This document shows positions 49,932 through 59,199 of a DNA stretch of 64,000 bases, one piece after another. The notes beneath the pieces are model-generated. The model did not search any database and was not told where the DNA came from. It saw only the letters and a program-made list of their open reading frames with translations. The position numbers were made by a program, and so were the translations under genes. The DNA is from Bdellovibrionales bacterium (GTDB taxonomy: Bacteria; Bdellovibrionota; Bdellovibrionia; Bdellovibrionales; UBA1609): the NCBI GenBank assembly GCA_023301025.1, contig JALZUR010000024.1, positions 6,806-70,805 on the forward strand. Direction: 5' to 3'. Position 1 is the stretch's first letter, and every line of letters starts with the position of its first letter.

Positions 49932-51070
49932 ACCTTAAGCCTTTTTTTTCTGGAGTAATTATTGGTGGAGTTCTTTTTTCATCAGCCCTTGTTTTTGCAA
50001 ATAGTCGTTATGATTTTTTAAGGCTATATGCTCAGATCTTTAATTTAGTTGAAGAAAATTACGTAGAAAAAGTAGAAATAAAAGAACTCGTTGCAAACTC
50101 AATAAGAGGACTATTAGGAAGATTAGACGCTTACTCTGGTTATCTTCCTGAAAAAGAGTATAAAAAATTTAAAAAAGAATCCCGTGGTGATTTTACAGGT
50201 CTTGGTTTAGAGCTTTCACTTAAAAACAAAATGCTTAATGTTGTTAGTGTAATGGAAGACGCACCAGCATGGGATGCTGGTGTTCTACCTAAAGATCAAA
50301 TCGTTGAAGTTAATGGAAAAAAGATTTATGCTCTCGATTTTGTAGAAGCTACAAAATATTTTAAAGGAAAAGTTGGGCAAAGACTTAAAATAAAGGTCAT
50401 AAGGCTTGGTCAAGATAAACCAATTGAAATTAAACTTAAAAGAAAAAAACTTAACTTAAAGCCTGTAAAGTTAGTACTCAAAAAAGAAGATCTTTTAGTT
50501 GTTAGGATCACAGGCTTCACAACAGGAAGCTTTCAAGAGTTTAAAAGTCTTTTAGATAAAGAAGATTTTAAAACGCTTGTGATTGATCTTAGAAATAATC
50601 CAGGAGGCTTATTAAATGAAGCTGTGGATATGGTAGATTTATTTGTTGAAGAGGGTGTTATTGTTAAAACAGTGTCTAGGAACAAGGTGGATGAGGTTAG
50701 CTTTGCTCATAAGAAACAAACGCCGTATTCTGATAAAAAAATATTTTTACTCATAGACAACTCCTCAGCAAGTGCAAGTGAAGTGTTAGCTTCGGCTCTA
50801 AGAGATTTAAAAAAAGTAAAACTTATTGGTCAAAAAAGTTATGGAAAAGGTTCCGTACAATCTGTTGTCTCTTTGCCTGACAATCAAGGCGGTGTTAAAC
50901 TAACGGTTGCAAGATACTTTACGCAGTCAGAAAAGATGATAGATAAAAAAGGTCTAAAGCCAGATTTTAAATGGGATTCAAAAGGTTTATCTTCATATCC
51001 AAGAAAAGATATTGAGAATGACACACTTTTAAATTGGGCTTTAGAAATTGTTTCTAAGAATAATAAATAA
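49928..51070 (+). CDS. ctpA: Carboxy-terminal processing (S41) peptidase
   Basis: N-terminal anchor, PDZ (GLGLELS...), DLRNNPGGLL, catalytic Ser SASASEV, Lys in GKGSVQ. Confidence 0.9.
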   Translation: MNLKPFFSGVIIGGVLFSSALVFANSRYDFLRLYAQIFNLVEENYVEKVEIKELVANSIRGLLGRLDAYSGYLPEKEYKKFKKESRGDFTGLGLELSLKNKMLNVVSVMEDAPAWDAGVLPKDQIVEVNGKKIYALDFVEATKYFKGKVGQRLKIKVIRLGQDKPIEIKLKRKKLNLKPVKLVLKKEDLLVVRITGFTTGSFQEFKSLLDKEDFKTLVIDLRNNPGGLLNEAVDMVDLFVEEGVIVKTVSRNKVDEVSFAHKKQTPYSDKKIFLLIDNSSASASEVLASALRDLKKVKLIGQKSYGKGSVQSVVSLPDNQGGVKLTVARYFTQSEKMIDKKGLKPDFKWDSKGLSSYPRKDIENDTLLNWALEIVSKNNK

Positions 51071-51150
51071 AAGCTTTAGATTAAAGATTTTAAAAATTAG
51101 CTCTAAACACAAGCTTAATACGTGACACTGTGATTTCAAATAAGACGTAT

Positions 51151-51420
51151 TCATTCAATCGAAGGTGATTCTGATTTGTCTTGATCGATAGGTTGTGCAT
51201 TTAAAGATTCTGTAAATGTTTCTATAAGAACAGCCTCTTGAGCAATTTGTAAAACTTCATCCTTATCTTTACATTTACAGTCATCTTTTAAATTAAGATT
51301 GCTAATGACAATTGATGAAAAATTAGTATCTGAATCTAAAAGATCAGCCTTAGCATTGAAACTAAAAATTGATAGAATAAGGAAACACAAAAAACATATA
51401 TTTTTCTTATGAGAGATCAT
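51151..51420 (-). CDS. Small secreted acidic protein (hypothetical), last gene of the AT-rich cluster
   Basis: Signal peptide ICFLCFLILSIFSFNAKA. Abuts the stop of the upstream gene. Confidence 0.5.
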   Translation of the reverse strand: MISHKKNICFLCFLILSIFSFNAKADLLDSDTNFSSIVISNLNLKDDCKCKDKDEVLQIAQEAVLIETFTESLNAQPIDQDKSESPSIE

Positions 51421-52719
51421 TTAAAAAAGCTCCTTAAGTTCAGGCACATATTCAGTGGTATAACCAATATTAGCATCAAGAGTTTTATAAAATCTGGCAA
51501 CGCTAAGAGCTGATATTAAAGATTTATTTTTCTTAAGTTTAAACACATAAGTTTTATTTTTAGATTTAAGATCTAGAGATTCCAATCTTTTTTTACTGTA
51601 GTTAAATTGAATTTGTTTACCACTGTTTAGTTTAATCTTTGCAGGTATTTTCTTATTGTAAAGAAAACTAGCTTGAAATCCTGATGAGTTTTTTAAATTA
51701 ATAATTTTGTTATTACTGTAAGTTAAATTTACTCTTTTCTTTGTTTTCTCATAATAAATTTTTGAAATTTTATTATTAGAGTAAAAAAGTGTGGCTTTTC
51801 CATCTATTGGAGAAATAAGTGATTTTATTTTATTATCTCTATAAAGTATTCTTGTAGAATCTTTTAATGTCTTTTTTGCAAGATTTTGATCTCTGTCAAA
51901 TTTAAATTTTTCATACTCTTGTTTATTTTCTAGCTGTCGTACTTTAAACTTAGAGTCATAGCCTATAAGATAATATCGATTCTTTTTTTCACAAATATTG
52001 AATAGTGATACTTTAAAAGTATTCAAGTTTTTTGATGATTTAATCTTTTTATAATTATAGGTTTCTCCACACCCTTTATTATTTTTAATACTTTTGATCA
52101 TATTTCCAGAATAAGACAGTCTTAAAAAAGTTTTATCAGAATAAATTTTCACGAGTTTATTATTTTTATATTTATAGTTATAAACTGTTATAGGTTTATA
52201 AGACGTGAAAGATTTTATTTGATCGCCTCTATAAACAAATTTTGCTAGATTCTGATTTTTACTTTTTATCTGAACTACTTTATTAGATTTTTTGTATAAA
52301 ACAGTTTCAATCTTACCATTTCTTTTAAGTTTAATCTGTTCATCTGTTGCTTCAATGCTCCAGCACTTAGCTTTATTGCATATTTGAACAAGTTCTCCAG
52401 TTGTATTGAAGGTGTAAACTTTAGAATCAGCTTTGTATGAGATTTTATTTTTTTCTGATGTTAATAATTTTTGTTTTAAAACTCTTGTGCAATAAACGAT
52501 AGATTTATTTGTACTGTTGTACCTTTGATCTAACTCTGAACATGTGGATTTTCCGACAAGACCGCTAAAGCTGCTATTCGTATTTAATGTAAAGTTCATC
52601 GATAAAAAAGAGTTCAATTTTACTTCGTTAGTTAAATAAAATTGACCTGTTGTTAAATTTACCTCTGCTGACACATTTGCCCCAATTAATAGAATAAAAA
52701 GTATATATATTTTTTTCAT
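51421..52719 (-). CDS. Secreted Lys/Asn-rich beta-hairpin repeat protein (degenerate YD/RHS- or MORN-variant-like repeats)
   Basis: Signal peptide. VNLTTGQFYLTNEV N-terminus as in Rhs/YD proteins. At least 8 repeats of Y-x-x-N-K-[IL]-x-x-[IL] at about 20-21 aa spacing (YRGDQIKSF, YKNNKLVKI, YSGNMIKSI, YRDNKIKSL, YSNNKISKI, YSNNKIINL ...). Confidence 0.6.
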   Translation of the reverse strand: MKKIYILFILLIGANVSAEVNLTTGQFYLTNEVKLNSFLSMNFTLNTNSSFSGLVGKSTCSELDQRYNSTNKSIVYCTRVLKQKLLTSEKNKISYKADSKVYTFNTTGELVQICNKAKCWSIEATDEQIKLKRNGKIETVLYKKSNKVVQIKSKNQNLAKFVYRGDQIKSFTSYKPITVYNYKYKNNKLVKIYSDKTFLRLSYSGNMIKSIKNNKGCGETYNYKKIKSSKNLNTFKVSLFNICEKKNRYYLIGYDSKFKVRQLENKQEYEKFKFDRDQNLAKKTLKDSTRILYRDNKIKSLISPIDGKATLFYSNNKISKIYYEKTKKRVNLTYSNNKIINLKNSSGFQASFLYNKKIPAKIKLNSGKQIQFNYSKKRLESLDLKSKNKTYVFKLKKNKSLISALSVARFYKTLDANIGYTTEYVPELKELF

Positions 52720-53894
52720 CTGAATTGTGCTGAAACTCCAAAGTATATGACTCTATTGTCTTCTTCTTGATTTTTAATATTTCGATAAGAGAGAGCATAG
52801 TTTAAAGAGTAAGGATCATTGTTATTATAGCCAAAGCCTACTTCATCTATTTTGTCTGTGTAGTCTATCTCAGAATCTGTCTGTGCATTAGCTCTACTTG
52901 ATCTTACATAGCCTCGGTAATTGTTTGAACTGATACCTAAATCAATATTTTGCCTTTTTTTGCCATAACTAGCACTTGCATCGATACTCTGATTTTGTGT
53001 TTCATAAGAGAGTTTTCCAAAACCGTGAAGGCCTTCACTTGTGTGAGCTATTCCAAGACAAACGTTTGTTGTAACTCGAGTATTGCATGCACTTATATCT
53101 ACTTTATGAACAACGCTTCCACTGCTGAAATCAAATTCACCTTTCGTATCAATGCACACACTCCCAGGGCAACTAAAATCAACTAGTGCTGCTCTTATAT
53201 ATGATTTCTCTTCAAGAGGACTAAAATTAAAATCAACTGATTGATTAAATCTGTTAGTTTTTCCTCGACCTTTAATTTTTATAACTCCAAGTGCTGCTTT
53301 TTCTTGAAACTTTCTACTTGTGAGAACACCAAAGCCTTGACTAATATGTGCTCCATTTATTTTGAATTCAAAAGGTTGAGCTGTTCTGTTTTTAATATCA
53401 TCAGGATTTCCAAGTCCACCACGTAGAGTAATTCCATTACTTGGTCGTTCAAGAAAGTTGCTATCAAAACTCATAGAGTTTAGTTTATTCTCAGGATCAT
53501 CATTGATGATAATTTTCCCATCGTCAGTAACAAGACCTGAATACTTTTGACCATCATATTCAATTTCAGCTTCTTCGATACCAGCGATAATAGTATTCTT
53601 AAATTTTTGAAGATACTTTCTTAATTTATTAATATTTTTTTCTTTACGAACTTGTTTTTTGATTGCTTCAGGCAATAGATTGTAAATTGATTTACTTAGA
53701 CGAGTTCTTACATCACACTCTACAATTATTTTCATTTTTAAATCATAAAGCTCATCATTGGTAATATTATTCTTTATTCCAAATTCACTTAAGGCTTCAT
53801 AAATGCTCTGGCTGTTTGAGGGCTTGTTTGAACAATCAGACCATGAGTTTTGTGAATAAACTAAAATAAGAAGGTAAAATACTATACGTCTCAT
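52716..53894 (-). CDS. Secreted hypothetical protein with beta-strand-rich, outer-membrane-barrel-like C-terminal half
   Basis: Signal peptide from the ATG at 53894 (MRRIVFYLLILVYS), preferred over the TTG at 53912. C-terminal alternating pattern ends YFGVSAQFR. ATGA overlap with the downstream gene. Confidence 0.55.
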   Translation of the reverse strand: MRRIVFYLLILVYSQNSWSDCSNKPSNSQSIYEALSEFGIKNNITNDELYDLKMKIIVECDVRTRLSKSIYNLLPEAIKKQVRKEKNINKLRKYLQKFKNTIIAGIEEAEIEYDGQKYSGLVTDDGKIIINDDPENKLNSMSFDSNFLERPSNGITLRGGLGNPDDIKNRTAQPFEFKINGAHISQGFGVLTSRKFQEKAALGVIKIKGRGKTNRFNQSVDFNFSPLEEKSYIRAALVDFSCPGSVCIDTKGEFDFSSGSVVHKVDISACNTRVTTNVCLGIAHTSEGLHGFGKLSYETQNQSIDASASYGKKRQNIDLGISSNNYRGYVRSSRANAQTDSEIDYTDKIDEVGFGYNNNDPYSLNYALSYRNIKNQEEDNRVIYFGVSAQFR

Positions 53895-53934
53895 CGACTT
53901 GTATTTTCCCAATTTTATTGCGTTTGAGCCAGCC

Positions 53935-53967
53935 TTACTAAACTTAGGTCTAGCCTAAGTTTAGTAA
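53935..53967. repeat. Perfect 14-bp inverted repeat with 5-nt loop between tig and the AT-rich cluster
   Basis: TTACTAAACTTAGG-TCTAG-CCTAAGTTTAGTAA, read directly. No flanking T-tract on either strand. Confidence 0.8.
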
Positions 53968-53980
53968 CTGTATTGGTAAA

Positions 53981-55282
53981 CTATGCTTCTATTGTGGCTT
54001 TATCCTTAAGGTAAGATAATACTTTTTCTTCCATAAGTTTAAATTCTAACTCACTTTGCTTTTCAGGGCCTGAATAGTAACTTTTAATCTTATCCATCGC
54101 TATGTTTGTTTTGTCAGACAGGTCTGCAAAGTAACTTGTGATGTCTTCAGGGGTTGGTTGCAGTTTTTCTTGTCTAGCCAAAGATTCAACTAGAAAAGAT
54201 GTTTTTACACCTTTGATAGCATCAGTTTTGTAGTTGTCTTCCCATTTTGAGTGGTAGTCTTCAATTTCACCTTTTGGCATGCCTTGCTGGATAAGCCTTT
54301 GCTCTGTATTCATTCTTAGACTTTTAACCTGCTCATCAACTAAGGCTTGGGGAATGTCGATGTCATGAATCTCTTCAAATTGAACTAAAAGAGCTGTATT
54401 AAGTTCAGCCTCTGCTTTTTGCTTGGCTTGTGTCTCAAGTCGTTCTTTAATTTGGTCTTTAAAAGCCTTAAGGCTATCAACTCCAGCCATTTCTTTTGCG
54501 AACTCATCATTAAGTTCAGGCAAATCTTTTTTATTGATAGACTTTAAAGTAACCAGAAAGTCTACGCCTTTTCCAGCAATTTCTTTTTGAAAATAATCTT
54601 CAGGAAAGTTTAGTGAAAGTGTTTTTTGTGCTCCCACTTTCATGCCTAATATGCCATCTTCAAAACCTGGAATTAAGCTGTTTGACCCAAGCTCTAGTAG
54701 AAAATCATTAGCAGTTCCGTTATCGAGTGCTTTCCCAGTTTCTGTCATTGTTCCAGCAAAATCAATTTTTACCCAATCTTTTTCTTTTGCAGGTCTTTCT
54801 TCAAAAACTGCAACAACTTCTGCTTTTTGAGCTCTAGCTATTTCTAACTCTTTTGTAACGTCCTCATCTTTAACTTCATGACTAGGGGCTTTAACCTTAA
54901 TTTCAGAAAGTGATTTTAGAGTGATTTCAGGGCGTACCTCAAACTCTGCTGTAAAACTGAAGCCACCATTTTTTTCTTCATCAGCATTTGGCTTTTGATC
55001 CATATCAATCTTCGGCATAACAATTGGTGTTAGATCATGCTCTTTAAGAGCTGATATATAATTGTCATTTACTAAAGTTTCTAAAACTGACTGAGAGGCT
55101 TTTCCGCCGTAGGCAGCTTTTATCTGCTCCATAGGGGCTTTGCCCTTTCTAAAGCCTTTAAGGTGTGTTGTTTTTTGTATTTTTTGAAGCTCTACATCAA
55201 GGGCTTTAGCCACCTCTTCAGGTGTTACTGAAATTTTAAGTTTCTTCTTTAGACCAACATTTTCGATCAATTCTGATTTCAT
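53981..55282 (-). CDS. tig: Trigger factor
   Basis: 433 aa. Ribosome-binding GFRKGKAP signature, central FKBP-like domain. Confidence 0.95.
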   Translation of the reverse strand: MKSELIENVGLKKKLKISVTPEEVAKALDVELQKIQKTTHLKGFRKGKAPMEQIKAAYGGKASQSVLETLVNDNYISALKEHDLTPIVMPKIDMDQKPNADEEKNGGFSFTAEFEVRPEITLKSLSEIKVKAPSHEVKDEDVTKELEIARAQKAEVVAVFEERPAKEKDWVKIDFAGTMTETGKALDNGTANDFLLELGSNSLIPGFEDGILGMKVGAQKTLSLNFPEDYFQKEIAGKGVDFLVTLKSINKKDLPELNDEFAKEMAGVDSLKAFKDQIKERLETQAKQKAEAELNTALLVQFEEIHDIDIPQALVDEQVKSLRMNTEQRLIQQGMPKGEIEDYHSKWEDNYKTDAIKGVKTSFLVESLARQEKLQPTPEDITSYFADLSDKTNIAMDKIKSYYSGPEKQSELEFKLMEEKVLSYLKDKATIEA

Positions 55283-55400
55283 CTTTTATCTTCCTTTATG
55301 TTTGAAGAAGGTATAAAAAAAAAGACCTTCATATGCAACCATTTGGAGCATAAATAGAGCGATCATGGTCAACTCTACAGGGATAGTTTAAAGTTTTGAT

Positions 55401-56180
55401 ATGTCTTTGTATTTTGTTTCAGGAAAAGGCGGTGTTGGAAAAACCCACCTTGCTGCATCTTTAGCCTATCAAATATCTCAAAAGGGCCGCAAAGCCCTTT
55501 TGGTGGAGTTTTCACATCTTAGCCTCTATTCTGAATTTTTTTCACGCTATGTAGGTTTTGAGGGGACTTCTTTAGGACAAAACTTATTCGTATCCTCATG
55601 GACTGGACTAGATTGTCTTTCAGAGTATGTAGGGTCTGTAGCAAAATCTAAAAAAGCTGCAAATATTTTTTTAAAAGTACCAGTTCTTAAAAGTTTAATT
55701 GAGTCAGCCCCTGGTCTAAAAGAGATTTCAGTTTTAGGTAAGCTCACCTCAGATTATCGAAAAGAAATAGGTCTTAAAACACAGTATGACGACATTGTTT
55801 TTGATGCCCCATCAACAGGTCATTTTATGTCTCTTCTAAAAGTTCCTTTTGGCCTTAGAAAGACTGTTGGCATAGGGCCTATGTACAAGCAATGTGAAAG
55901 TATTTTAACCTGTTTAGAACATTCGGATAAAGTAAAGTTTTTAATTGTAAGAGATAAAAGTGCTTTTTCTAATAAAGAAGCTAAGGAGCTTGAGGCTTTT
56001 ATTACTAAAAATTTTCCAGAGAGAAAAGATTCAGTGTATTTAACCAATTTCTTAGACGAAAATTGCAATAGTGCAGATACTGATCATAATAAAAACTTTA
56101 AGTACTCTCCGAGTGATATGGGATGGTTTGTTTCGGCTAAGAGTCTGTCTCACAATTTTGAAGGACTCATTGATGCCTGA
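55401..56180 (+). CDS. ArsA/Get3-family P-loop ATPase (paralog 1)
   Basis: Deviant Walker A SGKGGVGKT; FDAPSTGHFMSLL matches the ArsA switch II signature D(T)AP(T)GHT..LL. Confidence 0.7.
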   Translation: MSLYFVSGKGGVGKTHLAASLAYQISQKGRKALLVEFSHLSLYSEFFSRYVGFEGTSLGQNLFVSSWTGLDCLSEYVGSVAKSKKAANIFLKVPVLKSLIESAPGLKEISVLGKLTSDYRKEIGLKTQYDDIVFDAPSTGHFMSLLKVPFGLRKTVGIGPMYKQCESILTCLEHSDKVKFLIVRDKSAFSNKEAKELEAFITKNFPERKDSVYLTNFLDENCNSADTDHNKNFKYSPSDMGWFVSAKSLSHNFEGLIDA

Positions 56181-57117
56181 ACAAAAAGTTAAGATTTTTA
56201 TTGGGCCTGGTGGTGTTGGTAAAACAAGCTTATCAGCTTCTTATGCTTTAAATCAGAGCAAAAAATTTCCAGATAAAAAATTTAAGCTTATAACAATAGA
56301 TCCTTCAAAAAGGCTTAGAGACATTTTTTCAATGAAGAGTTTGGCTGTTGAAAAAGAGATCTCTCACAATTTAAATGTTTCTTTAAATCATAGAGATCAG
56401 CTGATGAAAGCATTTTTAGAAACTTCGCTTTCTGAAAATGATCTTCTTGATGATTTTTATAAGAGCAAAATTTTTAAGTCTCTGTTAGATGACCTATCTG
56501 TAGCACAAGAGTTTACTACTTTTTTTGAACTTGTTACTACATACAATAAATTTTATTACGATGAGATAATCATTGATACTCCACCGCTACAAAACACAGC
56601 CGACTTTATGAGCTCTGTAAATAAATTAGAAAGTCTATTTTCTTCTAAACTTATTTCTTTGTTTTTTTCTGGAAGTACTCATGAGGGTTTACTTAATAAA
56701 ATGATTTACGCCTCAAGAACTATGTCTTTTGGTCTCTTAAAAAATTTAACTGGAAGCAACTTTGTAAATGAAATTGATCTGTTTTTTAAAGTTACAGAAC
56801 TGTTACGAGTAAAAATACTTGATACTTTAGATCAAAGTAAATCCATTTTGTTTGATCACTCAATATTTTATCCTGTTTGCAACTGCACAGAGCTTTCTTT
56901 AAAAGCTCTGAACTATTCGCTTCTTGATTTAAAAAACAATAAAAATTTAAAATTTGAAAAAGCCTTCGTAAATAAATATGAAGAAAAGCACAACCAACCC
57001 ATCAAAAATGCCCTTATTGAGCTTCGTAAAAATATTGATACAGAGGCTATTTTGACCTCTAAATCAAAGTTAGAGAGTCTTGATGAAATCAGTACTTTAC
57101 TGCATAACAAGCTTTAA
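56173..57117 (+). CDS. ArsA/Get3-related P-loop ATPase (paralog 2, divergent)
   Basis: GPGGVGKTS Walker A; TIDPSKRLRDIF resembles the ArsA DPAH.L.D.F motif; IIDTPP lacks the TGH signature. ATG at 56173 with GAAGGA RBS overlaps the upstream stop (ATGCCTGA). Confidence 0.6.
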   Translation: MPEQKVKIFIGPGGVGKTSLSASYALNQSKKFPDKKFKLITIDPSKRLRDIFSMKSLAVEKEISHNLNVSLNHRDQLMKAFLETSLSENDLLDDFYKSKIFKSLLDDLSVAQEFTTFFELVTTYNKFYYDEIIIDTPPLQNTADFMSSVNKLESLFSSKLISLFFSGSTHEGLLNKMIYASRTMSFGLLKNLTGSNFVNEIDLFFKVTELLRVKILDTLDQSKSILFDHSIFYPVCNCTELSLKALNYSLLDLKNNKNLKFEKAFVNKYEEKHNQPIKNALIELRKNIDTEAILTSKSKLESLDEISTLLHNKL

Positions 57118-57144
57118 AGGTGAATTTAAAAAAGAGTTGCAATT

Positions 57145-57912
57145 ATGAGAGATGAAGTAAAATTTTTAATTAAAACAAAACTAACTGTTGTGCCTTTTTT
57201 AGATGGGTTGACACTCTTACTAAAAGGTTTTGGTCATTGTTTTAAAAGTTTAAAACTCTTTTTCTTGTGTTTTTTACCAGTTTTAGTTTCTTCCGTTCTT
57301 CTGTTTTCTAATTTTAATTGGCTGTATGATACGTTTTTTAATTTTTTAAAAGATTTCTTAATAAATGAATCTAGCTATACTTATTTTGGAGGGGCTGTAG
57401 TTTTAACAATTTTCACTTTTTTTATTAAGTTTTCGTGTTTTTTAATTTTGATTCTTCTTTTTTACATTCTTTTACAAATTTTATACATTCCATTTTGCTC
57501 ATTTATTTCAGAGTCTATATTAAAGAAAAAAGGCATAATAGACTTGAATTCATTTAAAGACATTCTTGCTTTCAATTTGAAGATGTTTAAGGTGGGTCTT
57601 TTTAAAGCTGTAATTGTAAGCTTAGTTGGATTTTTCTTATTTTTATCATCGTTCCTCCCTGTTTTGGCCGTCTTGCCATTATACTTTGGATTTCTTATTC
57701 TTTCTTATGACAGTTTTGATTATGGTTTAGAGCTTTATGGTTTAAGTTTTAGCGAAAGACGAGCCTTTTTTAGAAGATTTTTTTTAATGATTAATGGGCA
57801 TGCCTTAATTTTATTTTTATTAAGTTTCATCCCAGGGGTGATACTACTTACTTTGCCTTTTTCTGTAGCTGGTGCCAGTCTTACTTTAGGAGAAATGTAT
57901 GAACAAAAATGA
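57145..57912 (+). CDS. CysZ/EI24-family integral membrane protein
   Basis: Polytopic. LYIPFCSFISESILKKKG and SYDSFDYGLELYGLSFSERRAFF resemble conserved CysZ/EI24 segments. Confidence 0.45.
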   Translation: MRDEVKFLIKTKLTVVPFLDGLTLLLKGFGHCFKSLKLFFLCFLPVLVSSVLLFSNFNWLYDTFFNFLKDFLINESSYTYFGGAVVLTIFTFFIKFSCFLILILLFYILLQILYIPFCSFISESILKKKGIIDLNSFKDILAFNLKMFKVGLFKAVIVSLVGFFLFLSSFLPVLAVLPLYFGFLILSYDSFDYGLELYGLSFSERRAFFRRFFLMINGHALILFLLSFIPGVILLTLPFSVAGASLTLGEMYEQK

Positions 57913-59131
57913 CTCTATCAAATCAAAGTTACATGATTTATTTATAGAAAAATCAGATAAAATAGATAGTTGGTTTAAAAGTAATATCTCTAATGAAGAG
58001 TACCCTTTTTATTGTAGTTTTGATATCAGAGAGTCAGATCATAAAATGGCTCCAGTAGATGCAAATATGTTTCCTGCGGGATTTAATAACATTTGCCAAG
58101 ATGATAGAGACGCTATGGGAGAACTCTTAGATCGTTGTATGAATTTTAAAGACCTTAACTTTAAAAATATTGGTATTTTCTGTGAAAACCATAAAAATAA
58201 TTTGTACTACTGGGATAACGTACATGCTTTAAAAGTTTTATTCGAGGAAAAGGGTTTTAGCGTATTTATTTTAATTCCAGAACTTGTACCTGAACAACTA
58301 GGTTTAGAGTCTGCCAGTGGACATTTGGTAGAGTTTTCAAAACCTGTTTTAAAAAATTCTAAAGTTTTTGTAGGTGAGCAAGAGCTTGATTTTATTTTAA
58401 TAAATAATGACCTTTCATCTGATTATGACAGTTGGATTAAAGAGGCGTCTACCAAAATGCTTCCCCCAATTGAAATGGGATGGAACAAAAGAAACAAGCA
58501 AAGTTTTTTTGATCATTATAATCAAGTTGTTGAAGAGTTTTCTGATTGTATTGGTATTGATAAAAATCATTTAAGTTTGGAAACACAAACATTTAATGAG
58601 TTTGATATAAATGAGAAAGAAAGTTTGCTTAAGCTTAGCGAGCTAGCTGAGTCTTTAAACGATGATCTTAAATCTTCTTATTCTCAAAGTGGTTTTGATG
58701 AAAAGCCTTATCTTTTTGTAAAAAATAACCGTGGAACCTATGGTCTTGGAGTTTTAGAAGTTACTGAGCCAAGTGATATTTTAAGTTGGAACTATAAATC
58801 TAGAAAAAAAATGAAAGCTTCTAAAGGTGGCGGAGGAGTTTCCTCTGTTATTGTTCAAGAGGGAATACCGACAACTTTAAAAGCTGATGATTCTCCCGCT
58901 GAAGCCGTTATTTATTTACTAGGCTGTGGTTTAGCTGGTGGTTTTTTACGAACCAATAAAAGAAAAGACTCTTTTGACAGTTTAAATGCGCCAGGTGCTG
59001 TGTTTGAAAGAATGTGTTTTTCTGATTATGAATTTGAAAAAGAAGACAGAAGTTTAGAAAATGTTTATGGAATTATTGCTCGTCTTGGTGCCTTAGCCTT
59101 AAGTCGGGAAATTAGAGAGATGTTAAAATAA
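57899..59131 (+). CDS. gshA: Glutamate--cysteine ligase, GshA (PF08886-type) family
   Basis: PFYCSFDIRESDHKMAPVDANMFPAGFNNI matches my recollection of the conserved N-terminal block of this family. 14-nt overlap with the upstream gene. Confidence 0.55.
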   Translation: MNKNDSIKSKLHDLFIEKSDKIDSWFKSNISNEEYPFYCSFDIRESDHKMAPVDANMFPAGFNNICQDDRDAMGELLDRCMNFKDLNFKNIGIFCENHKNNLYYWDNVHALKVLFEEKGFSVFILIPELVPEQLGLESASGHLVEFSKPVLKNSKVFVGEQELDFILINNDLSSDYDSWIKEASTKMLPPIEMGWNKRNKQSFFDHYNQVVEEFSDCIGIDKNHLSLETQTFNEFDINEKESLLKLSELAESLNDDLKSSYSQSGFDEKPYLFVKNNRGTYGLGVLEVTEPSDILSWNYKSRKKMKASKGGGGVSSVIVQEGIPTTLKADDSPAEAVIYLLGCGLAGGFLRTNKRKDSFDSLNAPGAVFERMCFSDYEFEKEDRSLENVYGIIARLGALALSREIREMLK

Positions 59132-59199
59132 ACTCATCGTTAACTAGACAATTATTTAGTAGAATTTGACTAGAAATCTCGAAGCTTTATCCTAGTAGA

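Noticed and set aside
56071-56172. Track start for the second ArsA-like gene lies 102 nt upstream, overlapping the first gene.
   Set aside because: The extra N-terminal residues are translated from the 3' end of paralog 1 in another frame. The ATG at 56173 has a GAAGGA RBS and places the Walker A at the usual distance from the N-terminus.
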